This document shows positions 11,033 to 23,558 of a DNA stretch of 64,000 nt, one piece after another. Below the pieces are notes generated by a model. That model saw nothing but the letters and a program-made list of their open reading frames with translations. It was not told the DNA's origin and made no database searches. Position 1 is the first letter of the stretch. Each line of letters begins with the position of its first letter. Position numbers and translations under genes: made by a program. Source of the stretch: Paragordius varius (lineage: Eukaryota; Animalia; Nematomorpha); contig OZ176060.1 in the NCBI GenBank assembly GCA_964247055.1, positions 1,612,001 through 1,676,000 of the forward strand, written 5' to 3'.

Positions 11033-12386
11033 CTGTACAATTAATATATAGCGAAAATTATAATAAAACTAAAATCACATCGCATGGACCCTCTTAATTT
11101 TTAAGCATTATTTAAAAAATATATAACATTATATTAGAGTGCTTTACTGTTTTCGGATTGATTATTACAGAAATTTTGTTGTTAATATTTAGGTTTTATA
11201 AAATAAATTTTTGCCTTTTAAGGACGTTAATAGAAAAACCTGATTTTTTAATCTGACTTTTTTAAAAACCCTAATATGATTTTAGACAATTTATAAATTG
11301 TAAATATCTGCTATTGATAATAAACCAAAATATCTTATATCCCTAATTATCCCTAATTTTTACTCTTTCATTCTTTTTTCTCTGATATTTCAAAAACAAG
11401 GTCGTCAGCAAATTAACATTTTGGCCGCAAATGAATTTGCTAGTTATAAGCTGTCTCGTTTAAATTTTTGTTAAAAAATCGACCCTCTGTGAAGTTATAT
11501 AATAATTTTTGATAAATGCTAAATGACACTTTTTTGAAGATGTATACTTAGCTAAAATAGTTGTTTTTTGCAATATTTTGAAATTTTTTCATTATTTTTA
11601 TTTTGAGCATGCCTTTAACGGTTTGAAACCCCTATAACAAAACAAATATAATTCAATGTTGAGACCTATATTTGCAAAATCGTGATTAAAAGACTCAATT
11701 TAGGTAATTACGACAATCTATAATATATATTATTAGATAAATGAGTTTTGTTTTTTTACCGTTTTTATCTTTAAAATATCACAGCGCTTCAACTAAATTT
11801 TGCCAGAATAAGGCAAAGTATGAATGTTTTCAAAAAATGTGTCATAAACTATTTACAAAATTAATCCGCTTTTTTGCGTTTTAAAATAACCTATTTTAGC
11901 GACAAGGTATTATAATCAGCGCTTATATATCAAAATAAAGTTTACTATTAATTTGTTTTTTTATATAACAATTCACGCCATTTTTTAACTAGGGGAGTAC
12001 AGGCATATATTTTATATATAAGGTGCAGAAATTTATTATATATAAAGTTATAAATAAACGTAATTTAGTAAACCTGAAAATTATAGCTTAATCAGCTTGT
12101 GTTCTTGTGCTTTGTTATAAAGCTTTTTAATCTCAATTTTTTTCATACTGCAACCCTTATATATTCTGCCAAATTGATTATGACAAAACGTCCAAACTAA
12201 TCGGAAATTTACACATGTATATTTATATAAATGAGGTATTATGTTTCCGAAATATAAACGGGTTTCATACATACAATTTGTTTTGTTTATTAGTTTGCTC
12301 ACATTTGTGTGGTTTAATATTTCAATACAGTTTTTATATGTTTACAATAAAATCTTATGTGTGATGAAAATATAAAATTTTATTAC

Positions 12387-12399
12387 CCATAACCCCAAT
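12387..12399 (-). CDS. Candidate 13-nt micro-exon (D-W-G-Y-G)
   Basis: ttatacacag|attggggttatgg|gtaata. Phase 1 in and phase 2 out is exactly what reconciles the 12945 donor (phase 1) with the 11032 acceptor (phase 2). Confidence 0.35.
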
Positions 12400-12767
12400 C
12401 TGTGTATAATTTTAAATTAAGAAAACACTATTTCATCTGATAAAAGGTTTATTAATTAAAAATTTTAAAAACCTGCAGGGAACAGCATAGTTTAAGTAAT
12501 CACACATCATATATACTGGGTCCTCTATACCACCACCTTTAATAGTATTAAAATATTACATGTTTAACGAATAAATAACTTACAGTCCCAAACTTTCCCC
12601 TTAACTTTGTCTTTCATCAAATTGTCATAAAAGGTTTCCAAGTAATCTAAATAATTAAAAAAAATATTAAGCATTGTAAGGAATAAACTATGTTTATAAC
12701 GGCATTTTAGAATGATTATCGCCATAAATCAAATAGTATAATTTAACAAAAAAATATTTCCTAATTT

Positions 12768-12772
<5 letters not shown>

Positions 12773-12802
<30 letters not shown>
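12773..12802. repeat. (TA)n microsatellite
   Basis: Uninterrupted TA run. Confidence 0.95.
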
Positions 12803-12806
<4 letters not shown>

Positions 12807-12944
12807 CTGAAAACGGTGCAACCATTCATAAATATTTTTAAATACGGTTTTAACAACAAAAGCTCCATTAAATCCTATCAACGTTCGTAAGCAATGTCGA
12901 TATTTATAATAATCCAATTAAATGTATACAATTCTAATATTAAC

Positions 12945-13167
12945 CTATAATATTAGTTAATTCGGTGGAATTTTTAGTATTTCTAGCCCAGCCTCTTAGC
13001 ATTGAAAATAATTGATTTAATTGTTTATGAATTTCATTAGATCCAAATTTCGGGTCAATTGGTTCTTTTAAATCGCCTAGTTCACCTGCTAGTGGGCTCT
13101 CAAAAAAATGTTTCTTTGGTTTTCGCAATAATGCAAATCCTGGTACATGGTAAGAATCATCTATAGC
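12945..13167 (-). CDS. Exon (AIDDSYHVPGFALLRKPKKHFFESPLAGELGDLKEPIDPKFGSNEIHKQLNQLFSMLRGWARNTKNSTELTNII)
   Basis: Open frame extends ORF 12940..13128 upstream. Acceptor is tgtatttag| (13167, phase 0) or gctatag| (13160, phase 1). Donor g|gttaat is phase 1. Confidence 0.75.
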
Positions 13168-14856
13168 CTAAATACATAATGAATATTTATCCATTTTAAA
13201 CGCAATTATCCAAAAATTATTTTTAATAGAAAAATATTTATTTAAAACATACTGTTAGTAATTCAAAATTAATTGTAATAAGAATCCATAATGCCATGTA
13301 TATGAATGCTTTTCCGGAAGAAACCATTGCTTGTTTCCTTGTCAAAAATATGTAGGGTTCACAAGGTTATCTATATAATTTATAAAAATTATTATCATTG
13401 TATGTCAGATTTAGGGTTGTTTGTGTGTTGAAGATTAATTTGTACATAAATAAAATAAAAACACTGAATTGGAAAATAGAATCCTTAATCCCTAATTTTT
13501 GCCAGTAACAGAATGCAAAAAAATTGATATGTATTCATATTATAAAAAATGAAGGTTTTAGGATTTTAATCGTGCTTTATGGAGCTTAAAAAATAAAGGG
13601 AAAATATTTAACTTTTTACCCTTTCAAAAAATTAAAGTACAAATGCCGACATTGCATAAAGATTTTAAATATATGCTAAAGTTTTACATCAAAAAGTTTT
13701 TGCGAAAAAAAATTTTGGCTAACCGAATTTTATGAATGTATTCTTAAGCATAATAAAAATGATGAGAAAAAACATTTAATTTTTTCTAATTTGATGATAT
13801 ATCACCTGAAAATTAATAAAAAATTTATTTTTCTTTATTTTATAATTAATTATAAAATGTTTATTTTACAGAAGATCTCTATGAAAACAAACATGTTAAT
13901 CAACGAGTTGATAATGTTCAGCATCTTCGAATAATATAGATAAAGTCTTTATTTTAATATGCTTTACCATTTTAAATAAATTATATTTTAAAACATTGTA
14001 TGCGTAAGCAAATATATTTATTATGTCTAGGTACTAGTAATATTTTTTAAAATGAAGCAGTTATTCACCAAAAAATCTATTTAAAAAATGTGCACTAATC
14101 TTGGCATTTTTCTCGAGCAGTGACCACAAAAGTATATATACAAGAAATCTAAAGGGGATAGTGTTTACATCGTTTAATAGCTGCCGATTGGATTGGTGAA
14201 ATAATTTTTTGTATCTAATTGGGAAAATAAATATTGTTGAAAAAATATTGTAATTGGCCTTGAACACCCTCTATCTGATTTTTCATCATCTGGTTTAATT
14301 TTACATTAAATTATTGATTATCAAATCATTTAAACGAAAAAAACAGGGTGCCAAAAACAGATTTATTTTTTAAAACGACTCTGGGGAAAAACTCTATATT
14401 CTATTTGTAAAAAGTCATCACTTTTCTCAAAAAAAGATTTCATTCTAAGATGTAAGTATATTATTCATTAAATTTTATAAGAAATTAATTTGAATAATTC
14501 AAAATATCCCTTTTACCATTAGTTTCAAAATATTTTCGAATGATTGTCTTATTATTTGGCAGTATCGTTTATATCTATGGTATAAGGATAGTTTATTTTG
14601 GGTATTAAACAATAAAATAAAATTTTAAATGTTATCAACGATTGAAAAAATATTTATATAACAACTATCCCATATCATGTTAAAAACATTTGCATTTTAA
14701 ACTTAATGAAATTAATAATAAATATATTAAAAATTTTAATTTTTGTAGTCAAAAATTTCTTCAATGAAATGCAGCTTTGGTAATGATATATTTTTCGAGT
14801 TATCAATAGCTTTTTAAAATAAATATTATCTAAAAATAGTCTCTGCCCAATAATAC

Positions 14857-14898
14857 TGCCGGCATGATTATAGCAAAGTTCGAGCCACTCATTTATTG
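14857..14898 (-). CDS. Candidate 42-nt exon (TINEWLELCYNHAG)
   Basis: Acceptor ccaatattag|, donor a|gtatta, phase 1-1. Lies inside ORF 14675..14941. Supported only by phase compatibility. Confidence 0.3.
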
Positions 14899-15567
14899 CT
14901 AATATTGGAGTTAAGTAGAAAAACTTTAGCGAAATTAACATGTATGTATTTTAGTTTAATTAATCGATAATGGGAATTCATGATTTTTTGAATTCTTTCG
15001 ATAATATCCTTTTCTTTTTAGCGATCTTAAATAAATTACAAATCATGTTTTCTTGATAAGGAAACAATTTTAAAAAAACGTTATTAGAATTATATATTCT
15101 AAATTTGAAAAATGAGTTTTGGGTCTGATACATATTGGATACAAAACCCGATTTTTATTTTAAATTATATATTTCATTTAGTCACATTATATGAGATGCA
15201 CTAGACACTACCTTAAGAATTATCTCAGCAGGTTTATTATAAGTCACAGTTATGGTATAATGCAATCATGCCGGAAACTAACCCTAATAATACGTATAAT
15301 AGACGCTGGCAAATCGCAAAATTTATTTTTTTAAGGCAGGTGTGTCATTTAATAATATAATTTGTGAAAAGCGTTCTAAAGCATGGACATTTCGCATCTC
15401 TATATTTATAAAAATACATGAAACGCTGAATTAATTTAAAAACAGAAGTAGAGGTAGTATGAACAATATTAAAATATATGGTAATTGATAATTATCCTAT
15501 ATTAAATTAGTAAAAATAAATGCGTATTTAATTATTAAAATATATGTTTTCGAGTAAAATTGTTCAC

Positions 15568-15677
15568 TCTGTGTAGAGTAAAAAATATAATGGGATAGTG
15601 AATTTCTGCAGCTTTTATAGCTGTGGGAATGTAGATGAAAAATTAGTTGATTCATGAAATCATATAATGAAGAAGCG
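15568..15677 (-). CDS. Candidate exon (DASSLYDFMNQLIFHLHSHSYKSCRNSLSHYIFYSTQ)
   Basis: Acceptor tatcgtttag|, donor a|gtgaac, phase 2-1. It would continue from the phase-2 donor at 25851. The frame is about 70 codons stop-free in AT-rich DNA. Confidence 0.3.
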
Positions 15678-15886
15678 CTAAACGATATTATTATAGAGAT
15701 ATAATTCTTTTTATTTTATTTCTGAGAAGAATAACCAGAGGATAGTAACTTTATTTTTTATACATTACAAATATTTTGCAAATATTGATGTATCCTTATT
15801 TAATTATTTTTTTCATTTTATGCTTACTAAGTAAATTTAAAGTGTAATATAAATTTTAATTCTTATATATATAAATTTTACTACTA

Positions 15887-16232
15887 TCCTAGTTTTAAAT
15901 TTTTTGTAAAGCGGGTAATTGAGAGAGAAAGCAATAAACCACCCTCAATTTTAATTGCCAAAAAATAGGTACGATTTGATTCATTTTATAATCGGGTCCT
16001 GGATTGTGCGTTCGTTAACAGAAACCAAACAGGTTATAATTGAAAGGGAAATGGAAAGATTGAACTCAGATATACTAGATTTAACGAAGACTAAGCAAAA
16101 AGGTAGCGCAAACAAAACGAAAAAATATGCCTTGCTAAGATCGGGGACAGACGCTGAAAATCAGAAGGCTTGATGTATTAATAAACGAATTAAATAAAGT
16201 CATATGAGTTATACACCATATACACACCGGAT
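15887..16232 (+). mobile_element. 5' fragment of an RTE-clade LINE (start of the AP-endonuclease)
   Basis: Translates as GSWIVRSLTETKQVIIEREMERLNSDILDL, a WNVRSL-type APE start. It is an inverted homolog of 23212..23558. Confidence 0.8.
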
Positions 16233-16239
16233 TATAATT

Positions 16240-16992
16240 AGGTTAAAATGATATTTATTTTATTTTCAATATGTGTTGTTAAATAATTATGTTCATACAT
16301 TTGCCCATAACTTAATTTTATTATTCTGTAAAAATATTTTTTTATTAAACCTTATTCTATAAACAATCTATTATCAAATATTTAGTTGTTTAACACATGT
16401 ATCAAACATATACATAACGAGGTGATTTTTTTAAGTATTCATATTTTCATGAAATTCTACCTAAAATACAAATCCAATTATAAATATTGTTTATAAATAA
16501 AAATAAACATGATAGAATATATATTATAAATGATTATTAAAAAAAAGTTACTATATAAATAATGAAGATAAATTAATAAACCGACAAAAAGAAATCAATC
16601 ATATCAACCCAATAACGGATTTTTTTATAAATAGATATACATCTTATTTTTATAAAGTATTTCATAATTTTAATTATCTTTATCTTATTTTGTGTTGATC
16701 CTAATAAGTTAGAGGATTCTAACGAAAATTCATTAATAAATTTATTATTAATTTTGCTCATATCGCATCAAATCATTTTAAAAAAATTACAATTATGAGC
16801 AAATCATTTCACCATTAAATCAGATGATGAAACATTAAAAATCATAATCAACAAAATTCAACTAATTATTTATTTAAAAGTAAGTAATGGATACTTAAAT
16901 TAAATAGTCATAAAATATAAATGTAATTTAAAAAATGTTGCGTTTGGTTGAAAAAATGTCGTCTTTGTTTGAAAAAATGTTGCTTTTGACTC
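16240..16992. mobile_element. Truncated foldback-like element (core plus right 21-bp array)
   Basis: Has the core ...tttgcccataacttaatt at 16290-16320, an inverted core at 16810-16870, and aaaaaatgttgcgtttggttg units at 16930-16992. Confidence 0.5.
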
Positions 16993-18066
16993 TTAATGTT
17001 TACAAACAGGACCCCATATTTTTAGCGATTTTTTTAATAATGTTTCTTAAAATTTTTTAGCTAATCAAACAAAGAAATTAAGGATTGCATTTAAATAATG
17101 ACTATATAAAATATATTCAAAAGAAAGGTTTTGCGTTTAATGAATTTATGTTTAATATCATTATTGCAAAAAACTGTTCCTATAAAATTTATTATTATAC
17201 TTGGAATAATTGAATTTCGGATAATGTAAATTTTGAATACAAATTTAATTTTTAAAAATATAATAAAAGCATTGTGTTAAATTATTGAAGATCATAATGT
17301 TTAAAATTATTTTATAAACGTTTTGTATTAAAAAAATATATATAGAATACCCGTTCTATAATTTGTTTATTTACAAATTGTACATACTTGTTAAAAAGAG
17401 TATGTATAAATAGAAACCGATACTGGGCGTAAAAAGCTGTTCTTTTCAAATTAACGCTTTATTTTAAATTAAATTTTTAAAATATGCAAACTTTGGTTGT
17501 AGATAAAAATGATCAAATTTAATTATTTAATTGATAATGTTATTTTTGTGCACATTATGTTAAATTAAAATGTTTTGTGACCACTAAGTGCATATATCAA
17601 AAATTTTATTTATATGAGAAATTATATATAAGCCAAACAATATTTATAGTAAACTTTAATTTTGATTGTTAACGCTTAATATCTCTAATTTTTGACCTGA
17701 AATGTATTTAATTAATATACGATCGCAGAGATGGGATAAAATTTTTTATGTATGCTAGGTTATAATATCAAAAAATCATTTTTAAAATACACCTTTGAGA
17801 ATTTAAATTTCACAAAAAAAATTTTGGGCATGCATTTCGAATTAGGTGAATTATACAAATACTTTTATTATACATAACAGAAATAATATATATGATAGAA
17901 TAATTTTCTGATAGAAAAATGTTGGTTTTGATACGATTGATTCATAAGTATTATGTTTTTCAGTAATTGCAGAATATCGAAAAATCGTATATTTGATCCT
18001 ATACTTCTAATAAAATTTTTTGGTGGAGGTAATTCATTTCAAAAAACATAGTCAAAATATAAAAAC

Positions 18067-19808
18067 CAAGGCTTCTTAATCTTTTGTAATTCCCGACCCT
18101 AAATATGATTGTGAGTTTAACGACCCCAACAAATAAAACGAAATATTAAATAATATTTTTTTATAATATATTAGTAAGTAATAAACATATGCATATGAAA
18201 ATAAATAAATTTAGAATTCGTTATGAAACATGTAAAAATGTAAAATTAAAATATGCACACAATATTATTGAAATGTTTGATTATACAAAAACAAAAGTGG
18301 ATTCTAACCGTCTTAATTATCTCCAATATAAAGTAGTTGCGTGGTAAATTTAAATTAAGGTTTACTTTAAAAATTTAATGAGATGGATGTGCCTGTTTTT
18401 TATTGCAGAACAAATAAAATCTTGGTGTAAAGTTTGAAAACGCTGGACGTAAGACCTCTTCAACATTTTTTTATCGCTGAACGATATTGGGATTCAATGT
18501 TTATTAAAGCTGACAAATTAACATCACATAAATATGTGTGTTGAATGGCAGAATTACATTTAACGCCATATCGGCGATTGTGGGAAATTCAGTTCTAGTT
18601 CCGTTCCAGGATTAAGTCAAAGTCTTTTTTGGAATTGTAGTTTTAAGTTTATGTCACCAAAAGCTCAGCCACCTCTTGTACGATCAATCTCACTTAAGTC
18701 AATCCACGGCTTTTGAATCACTATTTTTTGTAAATCAATATTTAATATAAAATATGTCTGGAACTTTACTTTTAGTTCTTGTTAGTGATCTTCAATAGTT
18801 TTTGCGATAAAAATTTTACAATGAAGTTTCTCAATTACATTGGTTACACTGGAAATTTTAAACAAATTTTTCCGACCCTACTTTCCCAAATGATGATCTT
18901 TTTAATAAAACTTTCAATTTTATCGTTGAGAATAATTATAAATTTTCCTTGAAGAGTCAAGTTAAGATCGTTTAACTTCGCAAAAATATCTGACAAATAA
19001 CACAGCTTGAATAGCCACAAGTCATGAAAAAGCAGCGAATTCACATTTTCGTTCAGTTTAAAATATTTCGATTTCCTCCTTTGATAACAATAATTTTTTA
19101 AACTTTGCTTGACCCTCTGTATGTAATAAAAAAGTTGTCTAGTTGGAATAGGTATCCTTACAGAGATTTGAAAATAAGCGACTGTTAAGGGCATGGCTCT
19201 TAATATAATTTATGACCTTAACAGCATCCTAAATCATATAGTTTAACTCTGGTGCTAATTTTTTTGCTGCAAGAGCCTCTCGGTGAATATGGCAATGAGT
19301 AAGGGTTAAATGATCCTAATAACAGTTTGAAAAAATGATTTTAAACCAAAATTTTTGCCCGTCATCGCTCTTGCACCATCGTGCATATTCCACAGCAATT
19401 TTTCCATTCTAAACCTTCTGCTTTTAAAAAATCTTCAACTTTTTAAACTAAATAATTCGAAATAACATGCACTTCATTCACAATCATACAATGGCTAAAT
19501 ATTTTGAAATAATACTTAGAAATTTTGGTGATAATATTTATCAGGATTATTTCGGTAAGAGATTGACAAAAATCTACATTATCTTCTGATTCATAAAAAT
19601 TTATACAAGATATTATAATGGGCGGAATAGAAATGCTGGTATAAACAGTCTTTTTGAAACCAGAAGATTTTATGATGTATTTATCTACGATTATTGTTAT
19701 TTTTCTTTATAACAATAATTTTACAAGTTTAAAAATTTTTTTTATTAAATTGTATTTTTATACTCGCGAACCCAAATGAGGTCACGACCCATCGTTTAAG
19801 AAGCCCTG
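18067..19808 (-). mobile_element. Internally deleted hAT DNA transposon (Buster/Charlie/SPIN-like) with both TIRs
   Basis: TIRs are caaggcttcttaa (18067) and cagggcttcttaa (reverse complement ending at 19808), a 12/13 match. Decayed transposase motifs read WKNCCGICT-DGARAMTGK, THCHIHREALAAK and WLFKLCYLSDIFAKLNDLNLTLQG. No clean 8-bp TSD is seen. Confidence 0.85.
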
Positions 19809-21017
19809 CATAAACTAATAAAAGTTTTATCTTCAGATCTGCTTTCCGAAAGTCTCATTTTTTTGGAATTCTTGTTTAAAATTGGCTCTGTTAAAATAGA
19901 TGCCTATGTTACGCGATGTTTTTATTATATATGATAATTGACACAAAAAACTTACCAAAAAAATATGAATTTTTGATTTAACATTACATTTGGTGCGAGT
20001 TTTAATGCATAAAGCATGATAGTTATAACGCTTTTTAAACATTATTCGAGGATGCTGAATCTTATATCATTTCAGAATATTTATAGATTTGTTTGCTTGT
20101 AATTTTTGTAAACTGATTATTTATATTTACCATAATATTAAAGACGATCATATTTTCTTTTTAAAATTCTAAAATAACTCAGCAAAATCGTATATAGAAA
20201 AAGTATTTTTACAATATATTAAAGAATATTATACCGTTTATGCTTCAAAATATCGTAAGATTCGCCAAAATTTGGCTATAAAATAAATTTTTGAGTAAAA
20301 TATACAATTGTTGGAAAAACTGTTTTTGATGTCCAGAAGACTTTTATTTAAGTGAACTTGCTCATTTTAAACGGGTCCAAAAATTTGGGAGTTTTAGAAA
20401 CCACATGCAAATTTAATATAAAAATACTTGCCTTTTATACGCATAAGAAGTGATATTTTTGTAATATATGATTTAGTTTAAATCAAAAGAAATATTATTG
20501 CCAAATTTTGCCATTTTCTGATATGGCGCAGTTCCCCAAAAGCGGTAACTTTTTCTAATACACCTAATTTTCACAAAAAGCACCATGAAATTCCTAAATT
20601 AATTATCTATTAATATATATATATATATATTACAACAGGATACATTTTACACTTTGATATTGATGTTTAAACATGATTAAAATAAAGATATACTCTGTTT
20701 CGCAGCAATGTGACTTAGCGAAAACATTATTAATGAATCAATAATATACACAATAGAAAAATAACGGCCTTACAACAGTGTTATTTGAAGTGCTTTTATG
20801 CAGAAAAAAACAATTGTTGTATCAATAAACTCATAATCCGAAAACTTTCTTGTTACTTTTATGTGTGGCTTAAAAACAACGTTTTTTTATAAAATAGGGT
20901 AACTGACGGTCACACTACCCACCTTAATTTATTCAAAAGTAAATATTAATTATATAACAATAAATAAATAAAAAATGAAAAATTTCACTATTAAATAATT
21001 TACTATATATTTTTCAA

Positions 21018-21540
21018 CTAGCGTAAATCTCGTGCTGCTACGCAGCCCGAGGAAGTCCTTCGGACTTCTGGGGGGTGGGGGGGGGGGGGGGGGGGGTATT
21101 TGAAAAAAGGGACAATAAAATGATCCACATATGTGGATTTTTTCGAAACATTATATAATATCTATGATCTCATAGGAATTCTAACAGGTGCATTCATACT
21201 AATATATTGTTTACTTGGGCGAAAAATAGATTTAAAAAAATATTTTTGTGGACTTTGTTTTTTTTAAAAAAATGGCATTTTACGGGGGGAGGGGTAAAAA
21301 GAGGGCCTAAATTAAAAACCGAGCCGACTATGTTCGGCGCAATCGAAAATTAGTAAAAAACATATTTGAAATTGAATGGTCCAACAATGACCGCGAGAAA
21401 AAATATTTGACTAATTTTCTTTTGGTTTCAACCCCTACGCTTTTTTTTCCGAATCTTAATTAATTTGGTCATAGCTTCCATACCCAATCCTCCTTCTGAG
21501 GAGTTGAAGGAGCCTATTTAGAAAAGAGCACCCAAAAACG
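21018..21540 (-). mobile_element. Helitron-like 3' terminus with a relatively GC-rich body; 5' end not located
   Basis: On the minus strand, a GC hairpin cgggctgcgtagcagcacg (21031-21049) lies ~9 nt before CTAG|T (21018-21021), the canonical Helitron 3' signature. Confidence 0.55.
21070..21096 (+). repeat. Poly-G tract (26 G with one T), G-quadruplex-capable
   Basis: gggggg t g(20), read directly from the sequence. Confidence 0.95.
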
Positions 21541-21879
21541 TTAATTGATTGACTAATTCATTTTTATCTCTATAATAATCGTAGGCTTTCCTACAGTACA
21601 TAATATTTTGGTTTTATTAGGCTAAAAGACCATAAACTCAAAATTTCATTCGGTGCACATAGAACAGATAAGGGGATAAGCAACACCCTTGTCTGACTAA
21701 TTTCAAGATAATTATTTTTTCTATGTCCCCTGCTGATGTTCTAATAATCGCTTTTTATTTACATGAGAAGTGGGACGATACCCCTAGTAACTTTACTGTT
21801 TCTTAAAAGAGTCATACCGAATTATAAGCTAGTTTTTAAATAAAAAACGCGTAAAATTCTTTCTAAAACTCTCTATATG

Positions 21880-23558
21880 TTTCCATTATCCTTTTCATGT
21901 TTGATATATGGTCTCTTGTGCTCTCATACATCCGGCTTGATATTCTGGTATTTCCAACTGTATAATACTGCATCCTGTTTTGTATTATTTTTAGTATTAC
22001 CTTACTAAGGTGGCTAATAAAAGCTATGTTTCGGCAGTTTTCGCACCGGAGTATATTACCTTTTTAGATATTGTGAGATATGGAGTTGATATCCAGTCTT
22101 TTGACCACACACATGTTTCCCAAACTTTTTGGCATAATAACGTTTCTACAGGAATAGCTTTTATGAGTATTAGGATATTGTCGAATCAGTTCGATTTGCT
22201 GTTAAGCATTTGTTGTAAGGCGATTACATCATCCTCTCTCAATATACTGGAACACGTTCCTCTTTTAATTGCAAATATTTTACTAGAGGTGCCTGATAGA
22301 GGTTTTAGGTGTATTCCTTCCGTATTTTTCGTACTTCTGTTTGTTTGCACAATATGAAGACATTCTCCTTTTTAATATTTTGGGAATATATGGGATTTGT
22401 AAAACATTTGCTTCAGTCTCGGGAACGGTGGCTGCAATATTGTTTATTAAGAAAGCCTTCATAATCCTTCCATGTTTGTCGTGAAATTTTTTTATATATG
22501 TTAACCATATATCCACCCTTGATTTAGCTTTTCTCCGCTTTTCTGTTATATCTAATCTCTTTTCCGAGATCCATTTCTTTTTCCATTTTACCCAACCTTT
22601 TCATTTGCCACTTCATTAATAACATTTTTTAAAGCTTCCCATAGTTGTTCAGAACATTAATTGAGTAATCTATGTTTTGTTTCTGATCTACATTTGGAGT
22701 GTTACGGGTGTCATGTCTGTATTGTTTGACGTTATTTTTATTATTTTATGTTTGAATTTTGTTATTAAAATCTCATGATCGCCAGAGCAATCACTGTTTG
22801 TGCTTCATCTTGTATCGATTATAAAGCTTTTTCATTTTTGTGGACATATTATATAATCGATTTGAATTTTGTATTCGCATGGAGAAATCCATGTGTATAG
22901 TTTCCTGTTGTGCTGTGGAAATCATGTGTTGGTTATCATCAACTCATTTTCTTGGCAAAAATTGATCAGTGCCTCCCCGGCCTCGTTTCGTTCTCATCCA
23001 TATGGGCCAACTATTTGATCTACTCTACCTCTACCAACTTTGCTGTTCCAATCACCTCCTATGATAATCATATCTCCTTTCTTCGTTTCATCCAAAACTA
23101 TTTGCAACTTTGCATCAAAATCCTCTATGTCTTCTTTGGGAGCATTTGACGTAAGAGCATTACTATGTATGGAAATTTAAGTGGCTTAGCATTCAGTCTA
23201 ATACTCCTGATTCTGGGTGTATATGGTGTATAACTAATGAGACTTTTATTTAATTTGTTTTTTATTAATACTGCAAGCCTTCTGATTTCTGATCATCTCT
23301 CCCCGATAGCAAGGCATATTTTTCGTTTTGTTTGCGCTACTTTTTTGCATAGTCTTCGTTAAATCTAGTATATCTGAGTTCAATTTTTCCATTTCCCTTT
23401 CAATTATAACCTGTTTGGTTTCTGTTAACGAACGCACAATCCAGGACCCGATTATAATATGATCAAATTGTACCTATTTTTTGGCAATAAAAATCGAGGG
23501 TGGTTTGCCATTGCTTTCGTTCTTTACCCGCTTTACAAAAAAATTTAAAACTAGGATA
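21880..23558 (-). mobile_element. Decayed RTE-clade (BovB-like) LINE: 5' end, AP-endonuclease, linker and start of RT
   Basis: Motifs include VRSL, EDIEDFDAKLQIVLD, IIIGGDWNSKVG, NEAGEALINFCQENELMITNT, YTWISP, IDYII, SGDH, LCQKVWET..WSKDW and KIIQNR, with stops and frameshifts. Confidence 0.9.

Noticed and set aside
12081-12302. Cys-containing minus-strand ORF as an exon
   Set aside because: I found no acceptor and donor pair giving the required phase 1-to-2 transition. It is left unassigned rather than excluded.
18059-19816. 8-bp target-site duplication for the hAT element
   Set aside because: The flanks ataaaaac and cataaact are only loosely similar, so I do not claim a TSD.
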